A stretch of DNA of 54,102 nucleotides from Parachlamydiales bacterium. Its GTDB lineage: Bacteria; Chlamydiota; Chlamydiia; Chlamydiales; JAEMRK01. The notes below the pieces were generated by a model. That model saw only the letters and a list, made by a program, of their open reading frames with translations. It did no database searches and was not told the DNA's origin. Numbering within the stretch: position 1 is the stretch's first letter; each line of letters starts with the position of its first letter. The DNA is taken from the NCBI GenBank assembly GCA_016463375.1, contig JAEMRK010000006.1, positions 1 through 54,102 of the forward strand. Reading direction: 5' to 3'. The position numbers and the translations under genes were made by a program. Positions 1 to 10,021 of the stretch are shown in pieces.

Positions 1-805
1 GCTCTAGGTTCTCAATCGACTTTTTGAGTAATTCGCATTTTTTTTCTTCGACCCACTTTAGTTCTAAAAGAGATTTTTCAAGGAAATTTGAGATAGTTTC
101 TTTAACTAAATCAAGCTGTAATTGGAGATCTTTAATTTGCTCTTCTTTTAAGGGGGGTATGTAGTTGTAGTTTTTTTCAGTGTAGTACTTAAATAAAATA
201 TCCTTAATTTGGCTTTGACAGTTAGAAACTGTACGACTGAGATTTTGGTACTCCACAATAAAATGATCATATTTTTCCGAGATGTTATCTCCCAATGCTT
301 TTACAAAGGGTTGACCCTCAAATTTAATCGAAGATTCAAATTTCACAACATGTGCATTTAAATGTGTTTGAAGTTCCAAAATTAAAGCCTTGGAACTGTT
401 AAATATTTTATCAATCTGGCTGATTAATTGTTGGATAGAGTGATTTGTAACTAAGTGTGCTAACGGTTCAATACCTCGATGAATTGGAGTGGGCGAGTTA
501 ATGTTGGGATTAATCATCGTTGGTTTGGGTACAGGAATGGTAGGAGGCCTAAGAAAATTTCTAAATGTTTTATAAAGATATCTAATACTGATTACACATT
601 GGTTAATTAACCCTTGTATTTTTTCAAATAAATTTTCTTTAACCGAATGAGCCGATTTTTGATTTATCTTTTTTAAGGACTGTATGGTTGAAGTGTAATT
701 GCTGTCAGCCACATGTTGTTTGTTACCTTTTACAATAATATTAGGGGGTGGGCTTGCATGTGTCGTAAGAGAATGTACAGTTGGGGAAATCATTCGAATC
801 TCCAT
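1..805 (-). CDS. Hypothetical protein, partial (runs off the left edge); possible secreted effector
   Basis: Not in the ORF track. Manual translation from ATG at 805 is stop-free to position 1 (268 codons): MEIRMISPTVHSLTTHASPPPNIIVKG...EEKKCELLKKSIENLE. Ser/Thr/Pro-rich N-terminus, helical/coiled-coil-like C-terminal part. Confidence 0.75.
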   Translation of the reverse strand, partial: MEIRMISPTVHSLTTHASPPPNIIVKGNKQHVADSNYTSTIQSLKKINQKSAHSVKENLFEKIQGLINQCVISIRYLYKTFRNFLRPPTIPVPKPTMINPNINSPTPIHRGIEPLAHLVTNHSIQQLISQIDKIFNSSKALILELQTHLNAHVVKFESSIKFEGQPFVKALGDNISEKYDHFIVEYQNLSRTVSNCQSQIKDILFKYYTEKNYNYIPPLKEEQIKDLQLQLDLVKETISNFLEKSLLELKWVEEKKCELLKKSIENLE

Positions 806-860
806 ATTTTTATTATATATATGGATAGAATATAGGATTATACTCTTTATAAATAGTGAA

Positions 861-1745
861 TTAGTGTTCAGATTTGTTGTTCAAAAATATTTCAAAACCA
901 TCGTAAGCTAATTCAATTTTACAATTTAATTTTTTTTCTTTTAAAAAAACTTCCGCGAATTTTTTATTTTCATCGAGTGTTTTATCATCATAAGATGGAT
1001 CGTGATGGGTTATAACCCATCGTTTTGTTTGTGTTAAATAGATTAACCACGCTGCATTAATTAAAGACGAGTGGCCCCATCCTTTCTTTTTTTTGTATTC
1101 ATTAACCGTGTACTGAGCTTCATGTATGAGTAAGTCACAATTTTTAAAAAAATCGATAAAGCTTTGATAGGGTTCAATCAAAGAGTCTGTAATATTATTT
1201 GATGGTTCAAGTTCGCCTAAAAATTCATTATCAGAGCAGTAGCCAACTTTAAAATTTTGATAGTCAAGTTTGTAAGCCAGAGTTTTACCAGGATGGAAAC
1301 AAGGGTAAGACTCGATTTGAACATCGTTTAATAAAATAGGATGTCCCTCTATTACATCGTGAAAATGAATTTGGGCTTTAAAGTCATTTAAACCCACTGG
1401 GAAAGTTTCTGGAAGAAATAGAGTTTCGATAATGCTTTTAAATGAGCGCTCTTGTTGAGGACACCAAAAATGAATGATTTTTTTTTCACAATACAGTGGT
1501 TTAAAAAAAGGAAGCCCAATTAAGTGATCGAGATGAGCATGGGTAAAAAAAATGTGGATTTCATCAACATTTTTTTTACAAAGCTCATCGCCAAGTTTTC
1601 TGATACCAGTACCTGCATCAATGATTAAGCACGTCAATGGAGTAGACACTTCTAAGCAGCACGTATTACCGCCATAATGCTGTGACTCTTTTTCACAAAT
1701 AGGAGTTGATCCACGCGTTCCCCAAAACTTTAAATAAGGTTGCAT
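861..1745 (-). CDS. MBL-fold metallo-hydrolase (RNase Z/PhnP-like subgroup)
   Basis: Motifs GTRGS, GGNTCC, DAGTG, THAHLDH (HxHxDH), GHSS, THHDP; start overlaps the ftsK stop (TGATG). Confidence 0.88.
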   Translation of the reverse strand: MQPYLKFWGTRGSTPICEKESQHYGGNTCCLEVSTPLTCLIIDAGTGIRKLGDELCKKNVDEIHIFFTHAHLDHLIGLPFFKPLYCEKKIIHFWCPQQERSFKSIIETLFLPETFPVGLNDFKAQIHFHDVIEGHPILLNDVQIESYPCFHPGKTLAYKLDYQNFKVGYCSDNEFLGELEPSNNITDSLIEPYQSFIDFFKNCDLLIHEAQYTVNEYKKKKGWGHSSLINAAWLIYLTQTKRWVITHHDPSYDDKTLDENKKFAEVFLKEKKLNCKIELAYDGFEIFLNNKSEH

Positions 1746-4147
1746 CAGACCTCCTCATCAACGAGTGCATCTTCACTTGGTCTTTTAGTGTGGAGAACCT
1801 TGCGGGGTTTAGCACCTTCTTGAGGGCCTATAATGCCATTTTCATGCAGTTGATCCATTACACTTGCAGCTCTAGCATAACCAATTTTAAGTTTACGTTG
1901 TAAAAATGTCGTGGACGCATTACCTGTTTCGATGACAATGTTTAAAGCTTGGTCGTACAAACTATCTAATTGACTCGTATCTTTAATGCCAGAGGTTGCA
2001 TCAGAGTAATTCATGGTGTCAAAAGAGGGTATTAGGTAGTTAGCAGGGGCTTGGTTGCATATAAATTCGACGACGCGATAGATATCTTCATCGCGTATAA
2101 AGGCACCTTGGGCTCGAGTTAAGGAAGATGAACCTGGTGGTAAAAATAACATGTCGCCATTACCAAGCAACGATTCTGCGCCAACTTCGTCCAATATAAT
2201 TTGACTGTTAACGCGGCTTGCTACTTTAAAGGCAATACGTGTTGGAAAGTTGGCTTTGATTAATCCTGTAATGACTTCACGAGAAGGTCTTTGAGTTGCT
2301 AATATGAGGTGAATACCCACAGCTCTGGCCATTTGAGCAATGCGAGCAATAGGTGTTTCTATATCTGAAGATGATACCATCATCAAGTCAGCTAATTCGT
2401 CGATAATGGCGACGATGTAAGATAGCTTTTCAGGGAATTCGTTTTCTTCAGGATCGCGGCTTTTATCACGTAGATTAAATCCAATAATATTGCGCATGCC
2501 AGCTTGTTTTAAGAGCTCATAGCGCCGTTCCATTTCTTTAACTAACCAATTAAGTGCAGCAGCAGCTCCATGGGGTTCAGTGATTACTGGAGCAATCATG
2601 TGAGGTAAGTTGCTGTAGGCTGTAAGTTCAACTTTTTTAGGATCGATCATTAATAGCTTGATTTCGTCCGGTCTAGCGTTCATGACAATTGTCATAACAA
2701 TTGTATTAATGCAAACCGATTTACCAGATCCTGTTGCCCCTGCAATAATGCCGTGGGGCATTTTCGCAAGATCGGTTGATAAATCATCACCATTAACTAT
2801 TTTACCCAATAAAATGGGTATTTGGTATTTACGTTGACCTGATTGATAATTGGCCATCATCTCTTTAAAGCTAACTTCTTGAGGTAGTGGATTGGGAACT
2901 TCTACACCAACTGCAGCTTTACCGGGAATCGGCGCAATAATGCGTATCGATTTAGCTTTTAAATTTAAAGCGATGTCATTTTCAAGGGATTTAATTTTTT
3001 GAACTTTTACGCCTATTGCTGGATGCACTTCAAATGAAGTGATCGTAGGACCGCATTGAATATGTCCTACTTTAGCTTCAATGCCAAAACTCATCAGAGT
3101 TTCTTCTAAAATTTCAGCCTGAGTTTTAAGATCTTTTTTCAAACTGGATTGATCAAATTTTTTGGCATCTTGCAAAAGAGACAACGGGGGTAGCTGATAC
3201 TTGGTGTAATCTCCGTTCACGATTGCTTGAGCTTGTAAAGCCATATCGCGTTTGGGCAATTTTAATTCAAGTGAGGGCTCTTTAATTTTCAGTTTTGCAG
3301 GTTGTTTTGGAGGAGGTGGTGCATCCCATTCATCCTCCACTTCAATATCTCCATCATCGAATACTTCGATGATGGGTGCCTTTTTAAAAGGTAAGGGGGC
3401 AGGATTTAAAAATGGGTTTTTTATCTCTTTAGAAAAAGATGGTAATGGGGGTACATCCATCGCAAATAATGGCGTTTTTCCTTCACGTTCGTCTTCCTCG
3501 CCTTTTTCTTCAGCGAGTTTATCGAGTAATTGGGTAAACCAAGCAGCTAGTCTTGTTTTAGCTAATTGCAAAATTGCGACACTTAGCGTTGTGAAAAATA
3601 CAAGGAACGTGCCGACATTACTCAACAGGTGCTGTAAACTAACAAGGGGTAAGTCGCAATAAAGTGCATATGTTGGAATACCACCTAAATAGTAGCGAAT
3701 TTTTTTGTAAACGACAGGTGTTTGTAATTCGACCGTTTGAGTAATAATTCCTTTATCGAAGTTTGCAGCGACTTTTGGATAAGTTTCAGCAAAGAGGTTA
3801 AACAGAATCGAGCATGAAAATAATAAAATGGTAAAGTAGACAATTTTAAAGCGCATGAATTCTAAAGGCTTAGCAAGCATTAAACGACCGCCTGTCCAAC
3901 CTATAAAGGCGACTAATATATAACTCGAAATTCCTAAAACGTAATTTAAAGCGTAAGCGATTCCGTAGCCAACAAGACCTAGCCAATTGCTATGAGGTAA
4001 TCCTTGTTTAAAACTCAACAAACTCAAAAGAAACAATAAAGAAATAGCGACCAAAGGAATGCCATGAAGTTCTTTTGGCAAACTGGCTTTGCTTTTATTT
4101 TTTTTCTTTTCTACTCGTTTTTTTGCACTAGGGCGCTTTTTAGGCAT
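1745..4147 (-). CDS. ftsK: DNA translocase FtsK
   Basis: N-terminal TM helices, Walker A GATGSGKS, IDPKKVEL, IIDELADLMM, ATQRPS, gamma domain LQRKLKIGYARAA. Confidence 0.97.
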   Translation of the reverse strand: MPKKRPSAKKRVEKKKNKSKASLPKELHGIPLVAISLLFLLSLLSFKQGLPHSNWLGLVGYGIAYALNYVLGISSYILVAFIGWTGGRLMLAKPLEFMRFKIVYFTILLFSCSILFNLFAETYPKVAANFDKGIITQTVELQTPVVYKKIRYYLGGIPTYALYCDLPLVSLQHLLSNVGTFLVFFTTLSVAILQLAKTRLAAWFTQLLDKLAEEKGEEDEREGKTPLFAMDVPPLPSFSKEIKNPFLNPAPLPFKKAPIIEVFDDGDIEVEDEWDAPPPPKQPAKLKIKEPSLELKLPKRDMALQAQAIVNGDYTKYQLPPLSLLQDAKKFDQSSLKKDLKTQAEILEETLMSFGIEAKVGHIQCGPTITSFEVHPAIGVKVQKIKSLENDIALNLKAKSIRIIAPIPGKAAVGVEVPNPLPQEVSFKEMMANYQSGQRKYQIPILLGKIVNGDDLSTDLAKMPHGIIAGATGSGKSVCINTIVMTIVMNARPDEIKLLMIDPKKVELTAYSNLPHMIAPVITEPHGAAAALNWLVKEMERRYELLKQAGMRNIIGFNLRDKSRDPEENEFPEKLSYIVAIIDELADLMMVSSSDIETPIARIAQMARAVGIHLILATQRPSREVITGLIKANFPTRIAFKVASRVNSQIILDEVGAESLLGNGDMLFLPPGSSSLTRAQGAFIRDEDIYRVVEFICNQAPANYLIPSFDTMNYSDATSGIKDTSQLDSLYDQALNIVIETGNASTTFLQRKLKIGYARAASVMDQLHENGIIGPQEGAKPRKVLHTKRPSEDALVDEEV

Positions 4148-4150
4148 AAT

Positions 4151-4942
4151 TCAAGCCGCTTGGGAAAAACCATTAACATATACTATTGTAAATAAACCAA
4201 TAGCCACACAGTAATACATAAAAGGTTTAAATGACCCTTTATTAGCTAATTTCATAATAAAATGTAGAGCGAGATAACCAGTAATACAGGAAAATATAAA
4301 GCCTGCAAAATAGGAACTAATGGGTAAATTAGGTAATTCTTGTGGATGCCGAAGCATCGACGCTCCTTCTAAAACAACACCGCCCATTATTGTTGGCAGG
4401 GCCATCAAAAAGGAAAATCGCGCTGCGTCTTTGCGTTCCCAGCCCAGAACTGAAGCGCACGATATAGTCGATCCACTGCGCGATACACCTGGTAAAATAG
4501 CAATCGCTTGTATGGTACCGATGATCAAACTATCTCGAAATGATTGCGGTTTTGTTTTTAGTTTAAAACGTAACTTTTCACCGATAAATAAAATTAAAGC
4601 TGTTGTTAAAAAAAAGAAACCCAAATATTTTGGTTGATTATAAATTTCTTTAATAGGCCTTAGTAAGAAATAAAGTGGGAAAAGCGGTAATATGGCCAGA
4701 CTTAATCTTAAAAATAAACGGCGATCAGAAAATGTTAAAAGTTGAATGAAATCACGAAAGAAAAAGCAAACAATCGAAACTAAAGTGCCTAAATGACAAA
4801 CTAGATCAAAAGGGATAAACTGACTTAAATTTCTAACTCCGAAAATGAGTTCACCCAAAATGAGATGCCCAGACGAACTAACTGGAAAAAATTCTGTGAT
4901 TCCCTGCACGATACCTAGCAGGATTGCCTCATAAATGGACAT
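4151..4942 (-). CDS. uppP: Undecaprenyl-diphosphate phosphatase (BacA/UppP)
   Basis: QGITEFFPVSSSGH and PGVSRSGSTI signature motifs; polytopic membrane protein. Confidence 0.96.
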   Translation of the reverse strand: MSIYEAILLGIVQGITEFFPVSSSGHLILGELIFGVRNLSQFIPFDLVCHLGTLVSIVCFFFRDFIQLLTFSDRRLFLRLSLAILPLFPLYFLLRPIKEIYNQPKYLGFFFLTTALILFIGEKLRFKLKTKPQSFRDSLIIGTIQAIAILPGVSRSGSTISCASVLGWERKDAARFSFLMALPTIMGGVVLEGASMLRHPQELPNLPISSYFAGFIFSCITGYLALHFIMKLANKGSFKPFMYYCVAIGLFTIVYVNGFSQAA

Positions 4943-5030
4943 GGTTTGACCTTAAGCGTCTATTCGCTTGAACCATAACGTGACGACAAATTCTAGACAA
5001 CCTATTTACAGAGAGAGCTTCAAGAGAAAA

Positions 5031-5108
5031 TGGGGCGATCGACGGGGCTCGAACCCGCGACTTTTGGAATCACAATCCAACGCTCTAACCAACTGAGCTA
5101 CGATCGCC
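5031..5108 (-). tRNA. tRNA-His (GUG) with encoded G-1 and CCA
   Basis: Reverse complement GGCGATCGTAGCTCAGTTGGTTAGAGCG-TTGGA-TTGTGAT-TCCAA-AAGTCGCGGGTTCGAGCCCCGTCGATCGCCCCA folds as a cloverleaf; anticodon GTG at 5071-5073; G-1/C73 identity pair. Confidence 0.97.
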
Positions 5109-5122
5109 ACGAAAAGGATGAG

Positions 5123-5151
5123 ATTTAACTCAAAATCGACTTTTTCGTCAA
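5123..5151 (-). promoter_or_regulatory. Putative sigma66/sigma70 promoter for tRNA-His (and possibly uppP-ftsK)
   Basis: TTGACG-17 nt-TTAAAT on the minus strand, about 15 nt upstream of the tRNA. Confidence 0.5.
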
Positions 5152-5229
5152 TGTTGTTTAACAATTCAATTCAAAACTTAACATCTTTAAAAAGAATATT
5201 ATAAATAAAAATGTTAAACACCTTGGCTT

Positions 5230-5258
5230 TTGCTCTTATTATTATTTTTTGGTATTAT
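5230..5258 (+). promoter_or_regulatory. Putative sigma66/sigma70 promoter for ispG
   Basis: TTGCTC-17 nt-TATTAT with an extended TGn, 25 nt upstream of the ATG; the AT-rich context lowers specificity. Confidence 0.4.
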
Positions 5259-5283
5259 CTTTAAGTCTTAAAGCGGGTGAATA

Positions 5284-7203
5284 ATGAAAAAGTATTGTGA
5301 ATCAATTTTTCAAACTATTAGAAGGCCAACTAGAGAGGTTATGGTTGGAAATATTGGCGTTGGTGGTAGCAATCCGGTTCGTATCCAATCGATGACGACA
5401 TCAAATACTCGTGATGTAGATGCAACCGTTGAGCAGATTATACGCCTATCTGACATAGGCTGCGAAATTGCGCGAGTGACTGTGCAAGGTATTAAAGAAG
5501 CTGAAGCCTGTGAACACATAAAAAATAGTTTGATACAGAAAAATTACACAATACCGCTTGTCGCTGACATCCACTTTTATCCACCAGCTGCTTTAGCAGT
5601 TGCTGAATTTGTCGATAAAGTTCGGATTAACCCAGGTAACTTTGTCGACAAAAGAGCTTCATTTAAAATTTTGACATATGATGAAGTTTCTTATCAAAAA
5701 GAGCTTGATCGCATTGAAGAAAAGCTCACTCCGCTCATTGAAAAGTGTAAACGTCTTAAAAGAGCTTTACGAATCGGGACAAACCATGGTTCATTATCGG
5801 ATCGTATCATGAACTATCACGGCGATACTCCCAAAGGCATGGTTGAATCGGCTTTAGAATTTGCCCGTATTTGCCGAAAAAACGATTATCATGATTTTAT
5901 TTTTTCGATGAAAGCCAGTAATCCTTTAGTTATGGTTCAAGCTTATCGTTTACTCGTTCAAGAGATGTATGAACTTGGCTGGGACTACCCACTACATTTG
6001 GGCGTGACAGAAGCTGGTGAGGGTGAAGATGGGCGAATTAAGTCAGCTATGGGTATTGGATCTCTTTTGTTAGATGGCCTTGGGGATACAATACGAGTTT
6101 CCTTAACTGAAGACCCCTGGTGTGAAATTGATCCTTGCCAAAGGCTTGTTAGACTGGCTCAAAAGCATGAAATAAAAAAAGGTCCGTTTTTTGAAGAAAA
6201 ACACCGAAGTATAGAACGCTATGAAAGACGCTGTTCAGGAGTTCCTTCTAAAACATGTCTCCACAGAGACGGCAGTGTTGGTGTTTTTATCTCTACAAAA
6301 GAGATGATCTTGCGCGAAAACTTTTTTGAACATTTAGGATTAGTTGAAAAATCCGGATTGTTACAAAAGCAACTAAATACTGTGGATTTCGTTATTATCG
6401 ATAAATTGCCAGATGATGAACAAGCTAAAGATAAAATATTTAAGCTACAACAATTGGGTGTGGCCATTTGGTCTAGAGGTTGTGAAGACAAACTCCTAAA
6501 AATTCAGTCTTTGCAAACAGCTACTAAACCATCGGCCTTAAAAATTGCAAAACCAGGTGATATTTTTATCATCGAAGTAAAGGATGAAAAATCAGAAGAA
6601 TGGCAAAAAATCCTTAAACTTAAACCTGATTGCATTCTTTTCACTCCGACTTTAAATCCCTTTCATCAAGCAAGGTGTTTTGCAGACTGGTTAAAAGATA
6701 ATGATGTATCTGTACCATTGATTTTACATTTTGCTTATCAGTGTGAACGAGATGATCTTATCATGGAAGCCAGTATGGAAATGGGGGCTGTTTTATGTGA
6801 CGGTTTAGCCGATGGTGTTGTCATTAGTGGTCCTTTGAGTCTCCATCCATTGCGTGTTATGGGTTTTAATATATTGCAAGCTGCTCGTATGCGTACTTCA
6901 AAGACAGAATTTATATCATGTCCTGGTTGTGGAAGAACTCTATTTAATTTACAAAAAGTATCGGAGCAAATACGCGAGCGTACAGCGCATTTACCAGGTG
7001 TTAAGATTGCCATCATGGGATGCATTGTTAATGGTCCAGGTGAGATGGCTGATGCTGACTTTGGGTATGTGGGTTCAAAACCTAATAAAATTGATCTTTA
7101 CGTTGGAAAGAAATGTGTAGAAAAAGATATCGAGTTCGCTGAAGCTCCAGATAGACTTGTTCAGCTAATTAAAGATAATGGAAGATGGATTGATAAATGC
7201 TAA
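5284..7203 (+). CDS. ispG: (E)-4-hydroxy-3-methylbut-2-enyl-diphosphate synthase, three-domain type
   Basis: RIQSMT, PLVADIHF, RINPGN, GTNHGSLS, HLGVTEAG, DTIRVSLT; 4Fe-4S ligands SCPGCGRT and MGCIVNGPGE; long central insertion. Confidence 0.97.
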   Translation: MKKYCESIFQTIRRPTREVMVGNIGVGGSNPVRIQSMTTSNTRDVDATVEQIIRLSDIGCEIARVTVQGIKEAEACEHIKNSLIQKNYTIPLVADIHFYPPAALAVAEFVDKVRINPGNFVDKRASFKILTYDEVSYQKELDRIEEKLTPLIEKCKRLKRALRIGTNHGSLSDRIMNYHGDTPKGMVESALEFARICRKNDYHDFIFSMKASNPLVMVQAYRLLVQEMYELGWDYPLHLGVTEAGEGEDGRIKSAMGIGSLLLDGLGDTIRVSLTEDPWCEIDPCQRLVRLAQKHEIKKGPFFEEKHRSIERYERRCSGVPSKTCLHRDGSVGVFISTKEMILRENFFEHLGLVEKSGLLQKQLNTVDFVIIDKLPDDEQAKDKIFKLQQLGVAIWSRGCEDKLLKIQSLQTATKPSALKIAKPGDIFIIEVKDEKSEEWQKILKLKPDCILFTPTLNPFHQARCFADWLKDNDVSVPLILHFAYQCERDDLIMEASMEMGAVLCDGLADGVVISGPLSLHPLRVMGFNILQAARMRTSKTEFISCPGCGRTLFNLQKVSEQIRERTAHLPGVKIAIMGCIVNGPGEMADADFGYVGSKPNKIDLYVGKKCVEKDIEFAEAPDRLVQLIKDNGRWIDKC

Positions 7204-8117
7204 TACATAAAACGCGTGTTTTCGACGGTAATGAATTTTTAAATTTTTTTGAAAATAAGAATAACATCTCCGATTATTTTATAAGCGCGAATTTGTATGG
7301 CAATTTTGAAGTGAGAAAAAAAGGGTTTTGGGGAACTAATCTTGGTAAATTTGTCCGGTGGATAGTACCTATTCATTCAAAGTTTAATAAAGATGGTTTT
7401 GCCTTTGCGATCTTTCGTTTGATAGGTCATCTTGAGGGCTCAAGCTATAAAGTTTTAGATAATAATCGCTTTAAATTAAAAGCGCAGTATCGTTCAAAAA
7501 TTTTTAAGACGTCAAAGTATGGAAAACTGGCTTATCATGTTTTAAATGGTCACCCAATTATTAAAAAACTTCCTGAAATTTCTGCAAAGCTGAAATCTAA
7601 CGCTTCAATCACTCGCAAGGTTGTAAATAAGTTATTTGCCGTGTTTCATCAGCCTGTTGCTAGTAAAGAAGTCTATGATAATTTATTAGATTCGTCGTTT
7701 GCAATAACGTTTGATTATGTCGAGTCTTTAAAGCATCCCTTTTTTGAGACATTAATTGAATTGTCGGAAATGCAATTGCGTATCAATGAAAGCTGGTCTC
7801 GAATGAAAGGATGGTCGAATGTATTCAAAAATAATGACGACTTTGAAAATTTAGATTTAGCTCAGCAAGAATTAGCACCAAAAATTCAGCAAACATTTGA
7901 TCAAGCTGTTAGCTCAAAAATTGAATTTTTATCAAATTCACTAACTCAACTTGGAAAAAATCAAGGGTCTGGCAAAATTTATACAATCCAAATTGAAAAT
8001 TTGACTCAATTTCCTGATGTTAAAGAACCAATTTTGAATTTAAAGTCACAAGTTAATGATTGGTTCAAAAAGTATTGTCGTTTACAAAAGTCGTTTCCAG
8101 AATTAGTGGTTTCTTAA
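7197..8117 (+). CDS. Hypothetical protein
   Basis: 306-aa ORF overlapping the ispG stop; no recognisable motif. Confidence 0.7.
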   Translation: MLIHKTRVFDGNEFLNFFENKNNISDYFISANLYGNFEVRKKGFWGTNLGKFVRWIVPIHSKFNKDGFAFAIFRLIGHLEGSSYKVLDNNRFKLKAQYRSKIFKTSKYGKLAYHVLNGHPIIKKLPEISAKLKSNASITRKVVNKLFAVFHQPVASKEVYDNLLDSSFAITFDYVESLKHPFFETLIELSEMQLRINESWSRMKGWSNVFKNNDDFENLDLAQQELAPKIQQTFDQAVSSKIEFLSNSLTQLGKNQGSGKIYTIQIENLTQFPDVKEPILNLKSQVNDWFKKYCRLQKSFPELVVS

Positions 8118-8138
8118 TTTAAAATCAGGAATTTTACG

Positions 8139-8525
8139 ATGACTCAACGACCATTGAATAGGCTCATGTATGTGGAAGATGATTTAGACATTTCATATAT
8201 AGTTCAGTTAATACTTGAAAAGGAAAATGTCGAATTAAATATTTGTAACTCTGGCATTAAAGCGTTAGAACAAGTGTTAATTTTTAAACCAGACATAATT
8301 TTGCTTGATGTCTTTATGCCAGGGATGAGCGGTTTAGACGTTTTGGAGCAACTGCATAAAAGTGAGCAAACAGCATCTATTCCTATCATTTTTATAACAG
8401 CAAATATTCAAAATAGTGAAGTGGAACGATTTAAGTATTTAGGCGCTGCCGGAGTGATTTTCAAACCTTTTGACCCTTTAAATTTTTTCGCTCAAATCCA
8501 AAAGATTTGGGGAACTATCCCTTGA
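8139..8525 (+). CDS. Single-domain response regulator (receiver only)
   Basis: VEDD acidic pocket, LLDVFMPGMSG phosphoacceptor, FITA, FKPF; SD-like AGGA upstream. Confidence 0.92.
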   Translation: MTQRPLNRLMYVEDDLDISYIVQLILEKENVELNICNSGIKALEQVLIFKPDIILLDVFMPGMSGLDVLEQLHKSEQTASIPIIFITANIQNSEVERFKYLGAAGVIFKPFDPLNFFAQIQKIWGTIP

Positions 8526-10021
8526 GTGTTTAAATTTTGGATGTGTCTCTTCACTGCCCAGTTCATCATTAATATCATATAAATTACAAAAAAACAAAAC
8601 GGGACGCTTTGACATCGCCATTGAAATGCTAATGAATTAATTGGATGAATAGCTACTTGTAATAGATGATGCGTAAAAAATTCTACGACATGGTATGGAC
8701 CACTCCATCCTGTTATAGTGACTAAGGGTAATGAGACTAAAACACCAGTTAGTAAAAATCCCATACATGCAGGAAAAAATAAATTATAGATTAATGACGA
8801 TATTGGAAATGATCCAAAATAAGTGAGCATGAAAGGGATAGCTATACAGTTTACAGCAATTGATAAAGCGCTAATTCGTCTAATCATAGCAAGTAAGACA
8901 TAAGCATGTTGATCGACTATATGAAGAGATTTAAGCTGTCTGTATGATCTTTTGGGAATTATATTTCTTAGGATGTGCTCAAAAGGTTGACTAAGCAATA
9001 AAAGAGCTGCAGTGAGTGAAAAACTTAAAATAAAACCTAATTGTTTGATCACATGAAATTCTTGTAGTATGACAACAATCATAGCAAGTCCAAGAAGATT
9101 CAAAGGCCTCACTTGTTTATCTGTAAAAATACCCCATAAAGAAAAAGTGAGCATCAACCACGCTCTTTCCACAGATGGCGTTGGCCCAATAAATAAAAAA
9201 TAAAGTGTTCCAAAACCAATGAGTAGGGCATAGGAGCATTTTTGTGAAAATAACGTTTTGAGAAGAGTTCCAAGAATTGATGCAATTAATGAAAAATGTA
9301 ATCCAGAGATAGCTATCAGATGAGTTAGGCCAGCTTTTTGCAGAGGTAAAGTTAGCTTTGCGTCATACATTACACCAGAAAACAGGGCGATTAAAAACTC
9401 AGATGCTTGAGGATAATTTGACTGTTTTAAAAGAGTGTCTTCGATGAATTTTTTTGATTTGTATCGCCATTCTGTTAATCCATAGCTTGTTTTAATAGCT
9501 TTGGGTTGGTCCAAAAGTTTTATAATAAATTCGCCGGTTTGTCCTGGTTTAATTTTAGCTTTACACTGATAAGTGACATCTCCAATAAGCCTCTTATGAC
9601 CTTTTTGGCTCGTCATTTTAAAAGCGACATTAATATATGTATTTTGATCAGTTAAAATATTGGCAGTGCCTCTGTAAATCCATGGGCAAATATTTGGATC
9701 GTTTGGAGTAATAGATTTAATATGTAATACGGCATTGCCTATTTCAGGCTTTACAATCACTTGATGCTGAATATTAAATGTAATTATTGCTGTAGAAAAA
9801 ACCAAAAAACATTGCACAATTCTTTTTAGTTTTTTAAGTGATACGAAAAAAAGAAGTAGGGGAAAAAGGATTTGGTATAATGGATATAAAAGACAGGCCG
9901 CTGAAAAGTATATACAAATTCCAAATGGCAATAGGGGATAGCGTTGCCAGAATATATTAAAAAATTTCTCAGTCTTTAATAGCAGCCAAACGTGCTTTAT
10001 GACTCTTTTCGTAATCTTCAA
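8492..10021 (-). CDS. comEC: ComEC/Rec2 family membrane protein (no C-terminal MBL domain)
   Basis: GLTHLIAISGLHF, PSVERA, GFILSF motifs; many TM segments. Start uncertain (TTG inside the 3' end of ndh). Confidence 0.9.
   Translation of the reverse strand: MKITKRVIKHVWLLLKTEKFFNIFWQRYPLLPFGICIYFSAACLLYPLYQILFPLLLFFVSLKKLKRIVQCFLVFSTAIITFNIQHQVIVKPEIGNAVLHIKSITPNDPNICPWIYRGTANILTDQNTYINVAFKMTSQKGHKRLIGDVTYQCKAKIKPGQTGEFIIKLLDQPKAIKTSYGLTEWRYKSKKFIEDTLLKQSNYPQASEFLIALFSGVMYDAKLTLPLQKAGLTHLIAISGLHFSLIASILGTLLKTLFSQKCSYALLIGFGTLYFLFIGPTPSVERAWLMLTFSLWGIFTDKQVRPLNLLGLAMIVVILQEFHVIKQLGFILSFSLTAALLLLSQPFEHILRNIIPKRSYRQLKSLHIVDQHAYVLLAMIRRISALSIAVNCIAIPFMLTYFGSFPISSLIYNLFFPACMGFLLTGVLVSLPLVTITGWSGPYHVVEFFTHHLLQVAIHPINSLAFQWRCQSVPFCFFVIYMILMMNWAVKRHIQNLNTQGIVPQIFWI

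Noticed and set aside
699-911. 70-aa plus-strand ORF
   Set aside because: Antisense to the longer minus-strand ORF (1-805) and to the end of the MBL gene; no motif.
861-1745. Idea that the MBL hydrolase is the split-off nuclease domain of the MBL-less ComEC
   Set aside because: Its motifs (GTRGS, GGNT, GHSS, HHDP) belong to the RNase Z/PhnP-like group rather than the ComEC DVGQG-type domain, and it is coupled to ftsK about 7 kb away.
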